In this document: piece after piece, positions 28,510-38,379 of the stretch | Layout: each line of letters opens with the position of its first letter | Position numbering within the stretch: the stretch's first letter is position 1 | Assembly: GCA_007376145.1 (NCBI GenBank) | Contig: VMFP01000001.1 | Span: forward strand, 14,639-78,638 | Source of the DNA: Parcubacteria group bacterium Gr01-1014_38 | GTDB lineage: Bacteria > Patescibacteriota > Andersenbacteria > UBA10190 > CAIZMI01 | Length of the DNA stretch: 64,000 nt | Reading direction: 5' to 3' | Made by a program: the position numbers and the translations under genes | The notes under the pieces: model-generated | What the model was told of the DNA's origin: nothing | What the model saw: only the letters and a program-made list of their open reading frames with translations | Database searches by the model: none

Positions 28510-29400
28510 ATGGACGATATCCGCCCCGTTAGAGACGGGGTCTCTAACGGGGTCCGACGTCCTCCGAGCGGGGGAACGAGAATCGCCGCTCGGCAGAACG
28601 TCCACGTTTCGCTTCCCGTCCGTGTCCTATCTCCGCGGCGGGGGCGGGGGAGAGCCCTGCTCCTGTTCGGCGCTGGGGTATCGCTCGCGCTTGGCGCATC
28701 TGCGCTCTTTGCTCCCCAGTTCCGCGTGGAAAAAATTCGCGTGGAAGGCGGCAGCGAGTTGCTCCGAACGCAGGTGGAGTCCAAAGTGAAAGCGTTCATC
28801 GAACGTGAGGCAGTCTTTCAGGGAACGCCGCGGCTCTTCCTCGTGCCCCGCGATCGCCTGGCAGAGACCCTCCGCGCTGAATTCCCGGAGCTCGCGACGG
28901 TGCAGGTCCTCCGTCGGTTGCCCGCGACGCTGGAGCTCTACCTGCAGGAAAAAGTCACCGTGGCATTCCTGGAGGTCGGCGGGCGCACCTTCGCGCTCGA
29001 GAGTGAAGGACGGATCGTTGCGGAAGTGTCGTCCGAGGATGCCCGCCGCGCCCAGCTCCCGCGCGTCCGGGATCTCCACACCACCATTCCCGTTCGACCG
29101 GGAGATACGGTGCTCAACCCCGCCGTGATGCAGCTCTTCCACGAGGTCGTCGTGAAGCTCCCGGAGCAATTCTCGGTATCGGTCGAAGAGCTGATTATCC
29201 CGGCGATCGGGAGCGAAGAGGTCCACGTCCACACCAGCGGCGGCTGGAATGTCCTCCTCGATGCCCGGCGGCCGCTCACGGACCAACTCGGGGCGCTCGA
29301 GAAAGTGGTCACGGAAGAACTGGATGCCGAGACCCTGCGCCGTCTCGAGTACATTGATCTCCGCATCCAAGGTAAAGTCTTTTACCGATTGAAACGGTGA
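28510..29400 (+). CDS. ftsQ: cell division protein FtsQ/DivIB-like (POTRA domain)
   Basis: An N-terminal TM, then FRVEKIRVEGGSELLRTQVESKV... (POTRA) and a beta domain; 296 aa. Confidence 0.55.
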   Translation: MDDIRPVRDGVSNGVRRPPSGGTRIAARQNVHVSLPVRVLSPRRGRGRALLLFGAGVSLALGASALFAPQFRVEKIRVEGGSELLRTQVESKVKAFIEREAVFQGTPRLFLVPRDRLAETLRAEFPELATVQVLRRLPATLELYLQEKVTVAFLEVGGRTFALESEGRIVAEVSSEDARRAQLPRVRDLHTTIPVRPGDTVLNPAVMQLFHEVVVKLPEQFSVSVEELIIPAIGSEEVHVHTSGGWNVLLDARRPLTDQLGALEKVVTEELDAETLRRLEYIDLRIQGKVFYRLKR

Positions 29401-31001
29401 CCGTACTCCTCGTCGCTCTCTGGAGTGCGCGGATGCTCCGGGTCACGCTGCAGCAGCTGTCCCTCTGGCAAGTGAAAGAATTTCGCTTGGATCGCGTCAC
29501 TGCTCACCTCCGTCTCCCGAGTGTCCGCGCGCAACTCGTTTCCCCGCTGGCACTCGCCAAATGGGGAGCGCTCGCCTGGTGGCTCGTTGACCCCGCATGG
29601 TCGTCCGCACGATCGTCACTTTTCGCCCTCACTACCGTGTACGCCGGCGAGACCGCGTGGTTCGTACGGGAAATAGCCCAGCGCGCGTTTCGGCGGCCTC
29701 ATCTATCGCCGCGGATCGGCATTCTGCTGTCCGGCGTGATGCTGGCCGCTGCCCTCCTGACCGTTCTCGGGCGCGTCCTCGAATGGCCGTGGACGCTGAC
29801 ACTTCTCGCGCTCGACCGCGGACTCTTTGCTCTGGTGGCCGCCATCGTCTTTGGGACCGTCCCCGTCACCGCGTGGAAGCGTCGGAGAATCATCCGCCGC
29901 GCTGCGCATCGGATGCGCGCCATCAGCGGTTTGACGACCGTTGGGATTACGGGGAGTTTCGGGAAATCGAGCACCAAGGAGTTTCTCGCTCTCCTTGCCG
30001 GCGCACGGTTTCACGTATTGAAAACTCCAGCCAACACCAATACGGACGTCGGGATCGCGCAGGTTATTCTCAAGGATCTCACCGAACAGCACACGCTGTT
30101 TGTGTGCGAGATGGGCGCGTACCGCCTTGGGGAGATCGCCCGTGCCGCGGCCCTCGTCCACCCGCGAATCGGGATCCTCGCCGCCGTCCGGGACCAGCAC
30201 CTCGCGCTGTTTGGCTCGCTCGAAGAGCTCGCGCGCGCGAAAGGAGAGCTTCTCCGCGCCTTGCCAGAGACGGGAGTTGCCATCGTGAACGGGGATGACC
30301 CGATGTGTGTCCGACTTTCCCGCGAGAGCCCGGCCGCGCGGGTGGTCCGCTACGGATTCCGGGAAGGAAACGATGTCCGCGGAGAGAAGCTTTCGGTCCG
30401 CCGCGATCAGTTCCATCTGACGGTTCGGAGTCGAGGGACGACTCACCAGGTAGACGTCCCCCTCCTCGGTGGGCACCAGGCCGGGAATCTCCTCGGCGCG
30501 TGGGCTGCCGCAGAGGTCCTCGGCGTTTCTCCGGACGAGCTCGCCGCGCGCGCGCCCATCCTCCGTCCACTCCCGCGGACCATGGAACCGCGAACCGGAC
30601 CGCGAAATACATTCGTTGTTGATGACACATACAGTGCGAATCCCGACGGCGTCGCCGCCGCACTGGAGTACCTCCCTGCTGCCGCAGCGAGGACCACGGT
30701 CGTGATCCTCACCACGATGATCGAACTTGGGTCGGCATCTGCCGCGGCGCATCGCCGTATCGGGGAAACGCTCCGGCGCGTGAAGCCAGATCTCACCGTC
30801 GTAACGGCACGAGATTTTGCTCGTGACCTCATCGCGGGAGCAGCGAACGGCGGTTCGGATGTTCCTCTCCACATCGTCGTGGAACCGCGCCCGGAGCGAG
30901 CGTTTTCCCGTATCGAACCGCTCCTCGGCGCAGGCACGGTCGTCCTCCTTGAGGGACGGATTCCCGAATCGCTCCGCCAGAAATTCTTGTCCTCCGCATG
31001 A
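29397..31001 (+). CDS. murF: Mur ligase family protein, MurF-like (UDP-MurNAc-pentapeptide synthetase-like) with an unusual ~170-aa N-terminal transmembrane region
   Basis: GITGSFGKSSTKE P-loop, TPANTNTDVGIA (compare MurF GNLNNxIGVP), CEMGAYRLGEI and NGDDP motifs, with at least 2 TM helices in the N-terminal 170 aa; the GTG start overlaps the ftsQ-like stop. Confidence 0.65.
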   Translation: MTVLLVALWSARMLRVTLQQLSLWQVKEFRLDRVTAHLRLPSVRAQLVSPLALAKWGALAWWLVDPAWSSARSSLFALTTVYAGETAWFVREIAQRAFRRPHLSPRIGILLSGVMLAAALLTVLGRVLEWPWTLTLLALDRGLFALVAAIVFGTVPVTAWKRRRIIRRAAHRMRAISGLTTVGITGSFGKSSTKEFLALLAGARFHVLKTPANTNTDVGIAQVILKDLTEQHTLFVCEMGAYRLGEIARAAALVHPRIGILAAVRDQHLALFGSLEELARAKGELLRALPETGVAIVNGDDPMCVRLSRESPAARVVRYGFREGNDVRGEKLSVRRDQFHLTVRSRGTTHQVDVPLLGGHQAGNLLGAWAAAEVLGVSPDELAARAPILRPLPRTMEPRTGPRNTFVVDDTYSANPDGVAAALEYLPAAAARTTVVILTTMIELGSASAAAHRRIGETLRRVKPDLTVVTARDFARDLIAGAANGGSDVPLHIVVEPRPERAFSRIEPLLGAGTVVLLEGRIPESLRQKFLSSA

Positions 31002-32290
31002 CTCTCGCTCGCGTCATCCACGCCTCGCTGGCACCGACGGTGTCGCTTCGGGACGTCCGGCTCGCTGCTGCTCTCCTCGTGCGGCCCGCGGCGTGGCAGA
31101 ACGGACCCCATCGTGAACGGCTCGAGCAGGAGCTGAAGGCTCATGTGGAGAACGCGAGTGTGGTGGCGCTCGGCAGCGGGAGAAACGCCTTGCGCCTCGT
31201 CCTCGAGGCGCTTGAACTCCGGCGGGGAGACGCCGTCTTCCTCCAAGCGTACACGTGCGTCTCCGTTCCCGGACCGGTGCTCTGGGTTGGCGCGACGCCG
31301 GTCTACGTCGATATCCGCCCGGACACCTTCACGATGGATCCCGACGATCTGCGGCGAAAGCTCGAAGCGCTTCCACCAAGGAGTCGCCCGCGTGTCCTCA
31401 TTGTTCAGCACACCTTCGGACTTCCGGCAGATCTCGACCAGCTCTTGGAGATCGCTCGCGCCCAGAACCTGTTCGTCATTGAGGATTGTGCTCATGCGCT
31501 CGGCGCGACGTACCAAGGCCGCCCCGTTGGAACCTTCGGAGACGCCGCCATTGTTTCCTTTGGCCGAGACAAAGTCATTTCCTCTGTCTTCGGCGGAGCA
31601 CTGTTCGTTCGCAATGCATTCGTCGCGCAACGGCTCGCGCCACGCATCGCCGCACTCCCGGTCCCGTCTCGCTGGTGGATTGCTCAACAGCTCTTGCATC
31701 CCCTGCTTGCCACCGCTGCCCGGGAAACCTACTGGGCAGGAGGCCGGTACGCGCTCAGAAGCTTCCAAGAGCTCGGCGTGCTCTCCAAAGCGCTGACAGC
31801 AGCGGAAAAGCGCGGTGGAGCGCCATCGCTCGCGCCGCATCACTTGCCGAACGCGCTCGCCGCCCTTGCGCGTTCTCAATTCCAGCAGCTGCCGGAATTC
31901 TCCCAGCAGCGGCAGACGCTCGCGAAGCACTACACGGAATCGCTCCGCGACTTCTCGGATGTTCGCCTGCCCGAGATACCGCCCGATCGCACCCACGGAT
32001 TCCTCCGGTACACGATTCGCGTCCCAAACCCGGCTCGTCTCCATGCGGCGGCTCGCCGAGCGGGAATCATTCTCGGCGACTGGTACGATACCGTCGTGGC
32101 GCCGCGCGACACGGACCTCTCCGCGGTCCAGTACCGCCTTGGTTCCTGTCCGCACGCAGAAGAGGCCGCTCAAAGATCCGTGAATCTCCCCACGTCGCCT
32201 GGCATTGGTATCCCCGAGGCCGATCGGGTCCTCCGCAGTGTCCGTAAGGCACGGTCGCTCCCGCACTGGGGGCATGCCAATCCCCAATGA
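30998..32290 (+). CDS. DegT/DnrJ/EryC1/StrS family PLP-dependent sugar aminotransferase
   Basis: GSGRNAL..., DCAHALG and FSFGRDKVIS (lysine for PLP); 430 aa. Confidence 0.72.
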   Translation: MTLARVIHASLAPTVSLRDVRLAAALLVRPAAWQNGPHRERLEQELKAHVENASVVALGSGRNALRLVLEALELRRGDAVFLQAYTCVSVPGPVLWVGATPVYVDIRPDTFTMDPDDLRRKLEALPPRSRPRVLIVQHTFGLPADLDQLLEIARAQNLFVIEDCAHALGATYQGRPVGTFGDAAIVSFGRDKVISSVFGGALFVRNAFVAQRLAPRIAALPVPSRWWIAQQLLHPLLATAARETYWAGGRYALRSFQELGVLSKALTAAEKRGGAPSLAPHHLPNALAALARSQFQQLPEFSQQRQTLAKHYTESLRDFSDVRLPEIPPDRTHGFLRYTIRVPNPARLHAAARRAGIILGDWYDTVVAPRDTDLSAVQYRLGSCPHAEEAAQRSVNLPTSPGIGIPEADRVLRSVRKARSLPHWGHANPQ

Positions 32291-33294
32291 CGATCCGTTC
32301 AGCGACCGATCGCGCCGCGTGGGAATTTGCTCTCGCGGCATTCGCGCCTCCAACCTTTCTTCAATCGTGGGCGTGGGGTGAAGTGCAGGAGATGCTCGGA
32401 GAGCAGGTGATTCGTCTTCAGGTGTCGGAAGACGCGCGAACCGTGGGAATCGCCCAGGCGGTGACGGTGACCGCGCGACGAGCAACATTCCTTCACGTTC
32501 CCCACGGACCAGTTGCAGAGAAGGGCAGAGTCGACGCCATACGAAATCTCCTCGAAGCGCTCCGTGATGAAAGCACGCGGCGGGGATTGGATGTTCTCCG
32601 CGTGAGCCCGATTCAGGAAGACACCGAAACGCACCGCGAGCTCTACTTGGACCTTCGATTCCGCGCTGCCCCGATCCACATCCACGCCGAGCGCCTCTGG
32701 ATCCTCGACCTCTCGCCAGCGGAGGAGGAACTCCTCGCGCAGATGCGCAAAACTACTCGGAACCTCATCCGCCGCGCGGAGCGCGAAGGCGTCCGGGTGC
32801 GCGCTTCCGCTTCCCCGAAGGATCTCCCGATGTTTCTCCGTCTCTACGCGGAAACCGCGCGACGCGAGCGGTTCGTCCCGTTTTCTGAACGCGCCCTGAC
32901 GGCCGAGTTCCGGACGTTCGCTGCGGAGGGAAACGCCGCCATCTTCTTCGCCGAGCATGAGGGGAAGCCGCTCGCTTCGGCGATGATCCTGTTCACGCCG
33001 TGGAGCGCGTTCTACCACCATGGGGCTTCGTCGCGACTTCGCCCCCACGTGCCGGCGGCGTACGCACTCCAGTGGGCGGCCATTCGCGAAGCGAAGCGTC
33101 GCGGCTGCCGCGAGTACAACTTCTGGGGCGTCGCATCGGAACGCGGACATCCCTGGGCTGGACTCACGCTCTTCAAAACCGGGTTTGGGGGAAGGGAAGT
33201 CCCGCTGGTGCCAACCCAGGACTTGCCGCTGTCGCCGCGATACTGGCCGGCCTTCGCCCTGGAAACGGTACGTCGTTGGAAAAGAGGAATGTAA
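32287..33294 (+). CDS. FemAB-family aminoacyl-tRNA-dependent peptidyltransferase (peptidoglycan bridge formation-like)
   Basis: FLQSWAWGEVQ at the N-terminus and two GNAT-like halves; 335 aa. Confidence 0.65.
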   Translation: MTIRSATDRAAWEFALAAFAPPTFLQSWAWGEVQEMLGEQVIRLQVSEDARTVGIAQAVTVTARRATFLHVPHGPVAEKGRVDAIRNLLEALRDESTRRGLDVLRVSPIQEDTETHRELYLDLRFRAAPIHIHAERLWILDLSPAEEELLAQMRKTTRNLIRRAEREGVRVRASASPKDLPMFLRLYAETARRERFVPFSERALTAEFRTFAAEGNAAIFFAEHEGKPLASAMILFTPWSAFYHHGASSRLRPHVPAAYALQWAAIREAKRRGCREYNFWGVASERGHPWAGLTLFKTGFGGREVPLVPTQDLPLSPRYWPAFALETVRRWKRGM

Positions 33295-33388
33295 TGGAAG
33301 TTGTGCAACTCGCGCGAAGGAAGGCTACGACCGACAGGCCGGTCTACGTTCTGGAAGTTGCTCGCCCGTGGAAGCGCAGCGTGTGAAT

Positions 33389-33958
33389 ATGCAAAAGATT
33401 TTCTGGTGGATTGTGCCTGGCATTGGTGCGTTTCTTTTCTTCCTTGCACTTGGCAGTAACAACCAACCTTCGCCACCGCCGAGCCTCTCGCCGACCCCCG
33501 CGGTTTCTCCGGTTGCTCAAGCGGCTCACGCGACGCCAAAGCCTGCAACTCGAGGCGAAGAAGCAGAAGTTCAAGAAGTTATTGACGGCGATACCGTGAA
33601 GCTCGCCGATGGGCGCATTGTCCGGTACGTCGGGATTGATACGCCGGAAACCGGGGCGGGACGGCGGACGGTCGAATGCTTCGCGCACGAAGCAACGGAA
33701 CGCAATCGTCAGCTCGTCGAAGGGAAGCGCGTCCGCTTGGAAAAAGACGTATCGGAGACCGACCGGTACGGCCGCATCCTCCGATTCGTTTACCTTGGCG
33801 ACGTGTTTGTGAACGAGCTTTTGGTGAAGGAAGGCTACGCGACGGCCTTTCCGTATCCTCCCGACGTGAAATACCGAGAGGTGTTCCGGGCAGCCGAGCG
33901 GACGGCGCGCGCCTCCGGCAGAGGAATGTGGGGAGCCGCTTGCAGGATCCGCCACTAA
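33389..33958 (+). CDS. nuc: secreted thermonuclease (SNase-like)
   Basis: A signal/TM segment then VIDGDTVKLADGRIVRYVGIDTPE...RYGRIL, the SNase catalytic motifs. Confidence 0.8.
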   Translation: MQKIFWWIVPGIGAFLFFLALGSNNQPSPPPSLSPTPAVSPVAQAAHATPKPATRGEEAEVQEVIDGDTVKLADGRIVRYVGIDTPETGAGRRTVECFAHEATERNRQLVEGKRVRLEKDVSETDRYGRILRFVYLGDVFVNELLVKEGYATAFPYPPDVKYREVFRAAERTARASGRGMWGAACRIRH

Positions 33959-34037
33959 AACCAACCTGGAGGTTCTAACCTTTATAATTTTAGGAATTCG
34001 CACTCGAGTAGCCGCTGCTTATAGGATCTTGTAAAGA

Positions 34038-35558
34038 GTGTATACTGCAGTTGTGCGTAAACAAACCATCGCTCTTTTGGTGGGTAGTGGTAGTTTACTC
34101 ATTTTTCTCCTCTGGCTTTTACTATTCCGCTTCCCAGATATGTCGGAGGCGTTTCCCATTGGACAAAAGGTTTCCCCCGCTTCTTCTTTCAATACACGCA
34201 CCACGCTTCTCGCGCGGATTCCGTTTCGCTACGCATATGATGCTTGCGGAGAAATGAGCTTCCACTGGTCCTGTTTCTTTCCTCAATTTCGAGATGGATT
34301 CGGTGGTATTGCATTTAGTCCGACTGGGTACATGGTTGGGTATGTGGCGCAAAGAACCTTTGAAGAGAAGGCATTTCTCGCATCCGCAAAGAATGGTGAT
34401 TCGGTCACCTGGTCAATTGGCAACACCGGCATTCCGTCCTTCGGCGCGGACGGCTCCTCTGCCTTTATTGCTTTCGAGGATAGGAAGCAACACGTGGTAA
34501 TCAACGGCATACGTGGAAAATCCTACGATCAGGTGGGAAGAGTTGTGTTCAGTCCCGACGGGCATCGAAATGCTTATACAGCTCAAAGAGGAGAGAAGAC
34601 TTTTGTAGTTATAGACGGCCGCGAGGAGCAGGCACAATTTGACGAGATTGATGGCGACTCCATCACTTTCAGCCGCGATGGACGGCATGTTGCCTACATT
34701 GGGACAGACAGAAAAGAGAAGAAGCAGTTTGTCGTTCTTGATGGGCGGGTGAGTAGGGAGCTTCCCGGCTGGATTGGATATCGAAACCCTTCTCAACTTG
34801 TGGCTCATGAGAAGTTTCCAGAAATGGCGATGAACCGGGGTGGTACGGCAATTGCGGTGCCGATTATTCTATATCATCCCGACGCGATACGCGCGGATGA
34901 GACTCTTGGAGCATTCATCGCGATCATTATCAACGACGGGTCCCGGTTGCAACACCTCCAAGGAAAGCAATACGAGAGAGTAAGTCCTCCCGTCTTTACC
35001 GATGAAACGGTTGCCTACGCCGCATGCGATCAAGATTGTTTTCTGGTGATTGGCACCAACCAATTGGAAGACCACGCCGGGATCGACTTTGATTCACTCG
35101 CCGTGAGTCAGGATGGACGAAGTGTCGCGTTTGTAGCCTACGAAGAAGAACACGGCGGAAGACAATACATAGTTTGGAAAGGCGGTCGGAGCCGCGTGTA
35201 CGAAGGAGGGGTGAGTAACCTTAGGTTTCCTCCCGGGTCAGATCTCCCCGTGTATTTTGTGCATGATGAAGAGGACCGGACACTTCTTATGCACGGCAAT
35301 AAGGAACTTGACCGTGGCGACACACGCTTTTGGGGTCAGGTTAAGTTTGCCTTCAGCCTGGATGGACAATCTATGGCCTGGGCAGGCGTAACTAGCAACG
35401 GTCAGTATGCGATGGTAGTGAATGGAAAACGAGGAAGGTTGTACGATTACGTCTGGGAACCTCACTTCAGTCCAGATGGAAAGTACGTTGGTTACGGAGC
35501 CCGCGATGGACACAACCTTTGGTGGGTTGTGGAGAAAGCTAAGCAATCCACATCATGA
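34038..35558 (+). CDS. membrane-anchored protein with repeated PD40/TolB-like beta-propeller units
   Basis: An N-terminal TM, then 6 or more recurrences of FSPDG/FSRDG/VSQDG/FSLDG ... A[YF] ... V[VI].DG ... units; the region is clearly AT-richer than its flanks. Confidence 0.5.
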   Translation: MYTAVVRKQTIALLVGSGSLLIFLLWLLLFRFPDMSEAFPIGQKVSPASSFNTRTTLLARIPFRYAYDACGEMSFHWSCFFPQFRDGFGGIAFSPTGYMVGYVAQRTFEEKAFLASAKNGDSVTWSIGNTGIPSFGADGSSAFIAFEDRKQHVVINGIRGKSYDQVGRVVFSPDGHRNAYTAQRGEKTFVVIDGREEQAQFDEIDGDSITFSRDGRHVAYIGTDRKEKKQFVVLDGRVSRELPGWIGYRNPSQLVAHEKFPEMAMNRGGTAIAVPIILYHPDAIRADETLGAFIAIIINDGSRLQHLQGKQYERVSPPVFTDETVAYAACDQDCFLVIGTNQLEDHAGIDFDSLAVSQDGRSVAFVAYEEEHGGRQYIVWKGGRSRVYEGGVSNLRFPPGSDLPVYFVHDEEDRTLLMHGNKELDRGDTRFWGQVKFAFSLDGQSMAWAGVTSNGQYAMVVNGKRGRLYDYVWEPHFSPDGKYVGYGARDGHNLWWVVEKAKQSTS

Positions 35559-36814
35559 ATACCAACGAAGTTCCTCCTCAAATGAAAACGGAACAGGACA
35601 GAATACCTCTTAGGTACATTCGGTGGTTCGTCCTCTCCTCCGTTGCTGTTCTTCTTCTCGCCACGCTCGGAATCGGACTCTACTTTAAAGCAGAGTACGA
35701 TCTCTTCGCACTCGGCACCGGTTTTGCGCTGAATCTCGGCCTGTTGGCTACCATTTGGTTTCTATCATTTTCCTGGCATCTACTCTTCTTCCCCGGAAAA
35801 CGTTGGGCAAACCGCGCGGCCAACATCGTTCCATGGGTTCTCTATGTTCCGTTCTCTCCTTCGAGTTTCCCTCTCGCACACATCATCCTGGGTATTCTCG
35901 GCGGACCCAGTTACGATTGGCTTCTTTTCACGTGGGCGCTGGTGGCAGCACTCCACCTGGGTTTTATCCGACTCGTTACGCACCTGTGCTATCGTGGCCG
36001 CACAGCGCCATTCAGCGCGGTAGTGCTCCTGCTCGGCGCATTTATCCTCGCGAGCAGCTGGCGCTCGGCCGCAGAGCATTATGCAACCTCCCTGACAGGA
36101 ACTTCAGTTGGAGGAATCTTCTCGTTTGATGCGAACACCCTCACCAAAGGCAAATGTAATAGGTTACGGTTTTCATCCTCGGGAAGGCAGAACTATGTGC
36201 AATGCCTTGGACACGTGAAGCGCATCGAGGAATGCCGATCACCCGACGCCACTCAATATTCGCTCTCTTACTACAAGGAAGTCTGCGCGGGTTTTAATTT
36301 CGGCGTCGCAGAAAGAGTTTATAGAGGAGAGGGCACTCATAGCCTAAAAGAGCTAAACTTCCTCAAGTCTCTTAAATGGAATGACGCGGAACGTTTTTTC
36401 GAAAGATATGGTGATATGGTCCCAACATTTCTACCTCCCGGTGTACAGCTAAGTCTAGCTGAGCGCTCAATCACTGGTGACCCAAAGCGTGATGGTGCGG
36501 GAGTACGTGAGTCCTACAGCTGCGGACAGGAGATACAGGCTCTCTCAACCATCAAGATTCCACGTGCGCTTGCCGCCTATGACATTCGCGTCCGACCGGA
36601 ACGCGCTTCGCGTCTGGAGAGGGCCGTCGACATAAATGGCGTTCCCGGTGCCATGACCATCGAAGATGACGGGTACGCAGACGAGTTGATTTGGCAGACT
36701 GATAAGTACTTGATTCAAATCGGGAGAGGTAGATATCCCCCACCTTGTCCGCAGTTGTTTTCTCCGGACCAGTTACTGATCATCGCTCGCTCCATGAGAT
36801 ACCAGGGGCGTTAA
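35555..36814 (+). CDS. polytopic membrane protein with a Cys-rich C-terminal extracytoplasmic domain
   Basis: The ATG overlaps the stop of the upstream gene (ATGA). About 5 N-terminal TM helices are followed by a ~220-aa domain with 6 Cys; no known motif was recognised. Confidence 0.45.
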   Translation: MNTNEVPPQMKTEQDRIPLRYIRWFVLSSVAVLLLATLGIGLYFKAEYDLFALGTGFALNLGLLATIWFLSFSWHLLFFPGKRWANRAANIVPWVLYVPFSPSSFPLAHIILGILGGPSYDWLLFTWALVAALHLGFIRLVTHLCYRGRTAPFSAVVLLLGAFILASSWRSAAEHYATSLTGTSVGGIFSFDANTLTKGKCNRLRFSSSGRQNYVQCLGHVKRIEECRSPDATQYSLSYYKEVCAGFNFGVAERVYRGEGTHSLKELNFLKSLKWNDAERFFERYGDMVPTFLPPGVQLSLAERSITGDPKRDGAGVRESYSCGQEIQALSTIKIPRALAAYDIRVRPERASRLERAVDINGVPGAMTIEDDGYADELIWQTDKYLIQIGRGRYPPPCPQLFSPDQLLIIARSMRYQGR

Positions 36815-38379
36815 TTGATGGGTTCAAAGACATACTTTCGTACGATAATGTCCCCTTGGAAGGCAAAGAGTTCTGAAAATCGCGTTTCGGACGCAAGGCG
36901 GTAGGAAGGTGGAACCGGCAGAGAAGAGCCGCCGAAGCCGGTGGTGTCTACAACCCAAAGACGAGGTATGAGACGTGAGACATGAGACGTGAGTACTTCG
37001 GGGCCGACGATATCGTTCGGCGTAAGGATGGGCGCCCCGGCGAAATGCGCGACTTCGCCGGTTTCGGAGTACAGGCGAACCGATCGTCCTTCCCGACAGG
37101 ATCCTCCGCGGACATCGCAGCCGAGGTGGAACGAGAGGGGAAAGTACGCGAACGGCGAGCTCACCACAATCGGTTCGCTCGGCATGGCTGTCTCGGCAAG
37201 GAACGCCGCAGCAGCGCGAGCGCCGGGGTGGCGGGGAAAATCGAGCTGCTGCCAGAAGTGCGTCACGGAGAGGAAGCCAAAGCCGGCAAGAGCCACGAGT
37301 ATCGCCATGCGGAGTCGAGAAGGAAGGAACGATACCGTTCGCGCGAGCAGGAGCAGAAGACCGAGGGAGGCAAACAAGAAGTACCGATCGAGGTAGACGC
37401 TCGTCCGCAGCGAGACCGCAGCGCTCAAGAGCAGGGGGATGACGAAGCTCGTCGCCGCCACCAGATCGCCAAAGGACCGGCCGCGCAGGAGCGGGAACAC
37501 CACGAAGAACAGCGCGGCGAGCGACGCGAGAACGGCCCAGACCGGGGAAATGTCGCCAGCTCCACCCCAGAAGAGGCGGGCGAACGTATTCGGGATGGAC
37601 CACGCGCCGATGCGGGGAATCCAGTACGCCTCTTGGACGCGCTGCGCTTGCGCGAAGAAGACGGGTACCTGCGGGAGGAAGAGGAGCGCGGAGAGCCAGA
37701 ACCCGACTTCGGCGGCGTGGAAGTTTGGTGAGCGGAGGACAGTCGAGGCACCCCGTCGCATCCGACCGAGGAAGTACGCGAGTTTCGCCGCGCCGAGCGC
37801 AACCCAGGAGAAGAGCGCATAGTAGTGCACGTGGAGGAGCGCCCCGAGGGCGCCCCCGAACCCAAGGCCAGCCCACCACACGTTCCCGCGCGACCGGACT
37901 TCCGCGACGCGGACGAGTGCGGCCATGGCGAGTGGGACCAGAACCGTCCCGAGCGTGTACATCCGTGCTTCCCAGGCGTACTGGATCTGGAAGGCGCTCA
38001 CCGCCGTGAGGAGTCCGGCAGCGCACGCCACCCACCGGGAGCGGAAAAGCACCCGCCCGGCGAGGATCATCGCTGCAACGGTGGCCGCACCGAAAAGAAC
38101 CGAAAGCGCGCGCAGCCAGAGGAGTGTCGTCTCCGGACCAGTGCCACGCGCAGGGAGCATCCAGAACCAGAGGAGAAGGTAATAGAGCACCGGATGCACG
38201 TCGGCCGCCGCGCGCGTGAAGAACTCGGACGACGGGAAATACCCGATGAGCCGCCACGAAAACGCCTCGTCAAACCAGAGCGAGCGCGAGGTCAAGAAGG
38301 GAAAACGGAGGGCAAACCCGAGTGCCACGATCGCAATGACCGTCCACGGGAACAGCCGCTTCAGCGCTCGACGAGTCAT
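36811..38379 (-). CDS. GT39/PMT_2 family glycosyltransferase (ArnT/dolichyl-phosphate-mannose mannosyltransferase-like)
   Basis: An N-terminal TM followed by LWFDEAFS (DE motif) and about 11 TM helices; 522 aa. Confidence 0.7.
   Translation of the reverse strand: MTRRALKRLFPWTVIAIVALGFALRFPFLTSRSLWFDEAFSWRLIGYFPSSEFFTRAAADVHPVLYYLLLWFWMLPARGTGPETTLLWLRALSVLFGAATVAAMILAGRVLFRSRWVACAAGLLTAVSAFQIQYAWEARMYTLGTVLVPLAMAALVRVAEVRSRGNVWWAGLGFGGALGALLHVHYYALFSWVALGAAKLAYFLGRMRRGASTVLRSPNFHAAEVGFWLSALLFLPQVPVFFAQAQRVQEAYWIPRIGAWSIPNTFARLFWGGAGDISPVWAVLASLAALFFVVFPLLRGRSFGDLVAATSFVIPLLLSAAVSLRTSVYLDRYFLFASLGLLLLLARTVSFLPSRLRMAILVALAGFGFLSVTHFWQQLDFPRHPGARAAAAFLAETAMPSEPIVVSSPFAYFPLSFHLGCDVRGGSCREGRSVRLYSETGEVAHFAGAPILTPNDIVGPEVLTSHVSRLIPRLWVVDTTGFGGSSLPVPPSYRLASETRFSELFAFQGDIIVRKYVFEPIN

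Noticed and set aside
34030-34048. TTGTAA ... TGTATACT promoter-like motif
   Set aside because: The TATACT is part of the first codons (GTG TAT ACT) of the 34038 ORF and the spacing to TTGTAA is 6 nt. It is probably coincidental, although an alternative GTG start at 34053 cannot be excluded.
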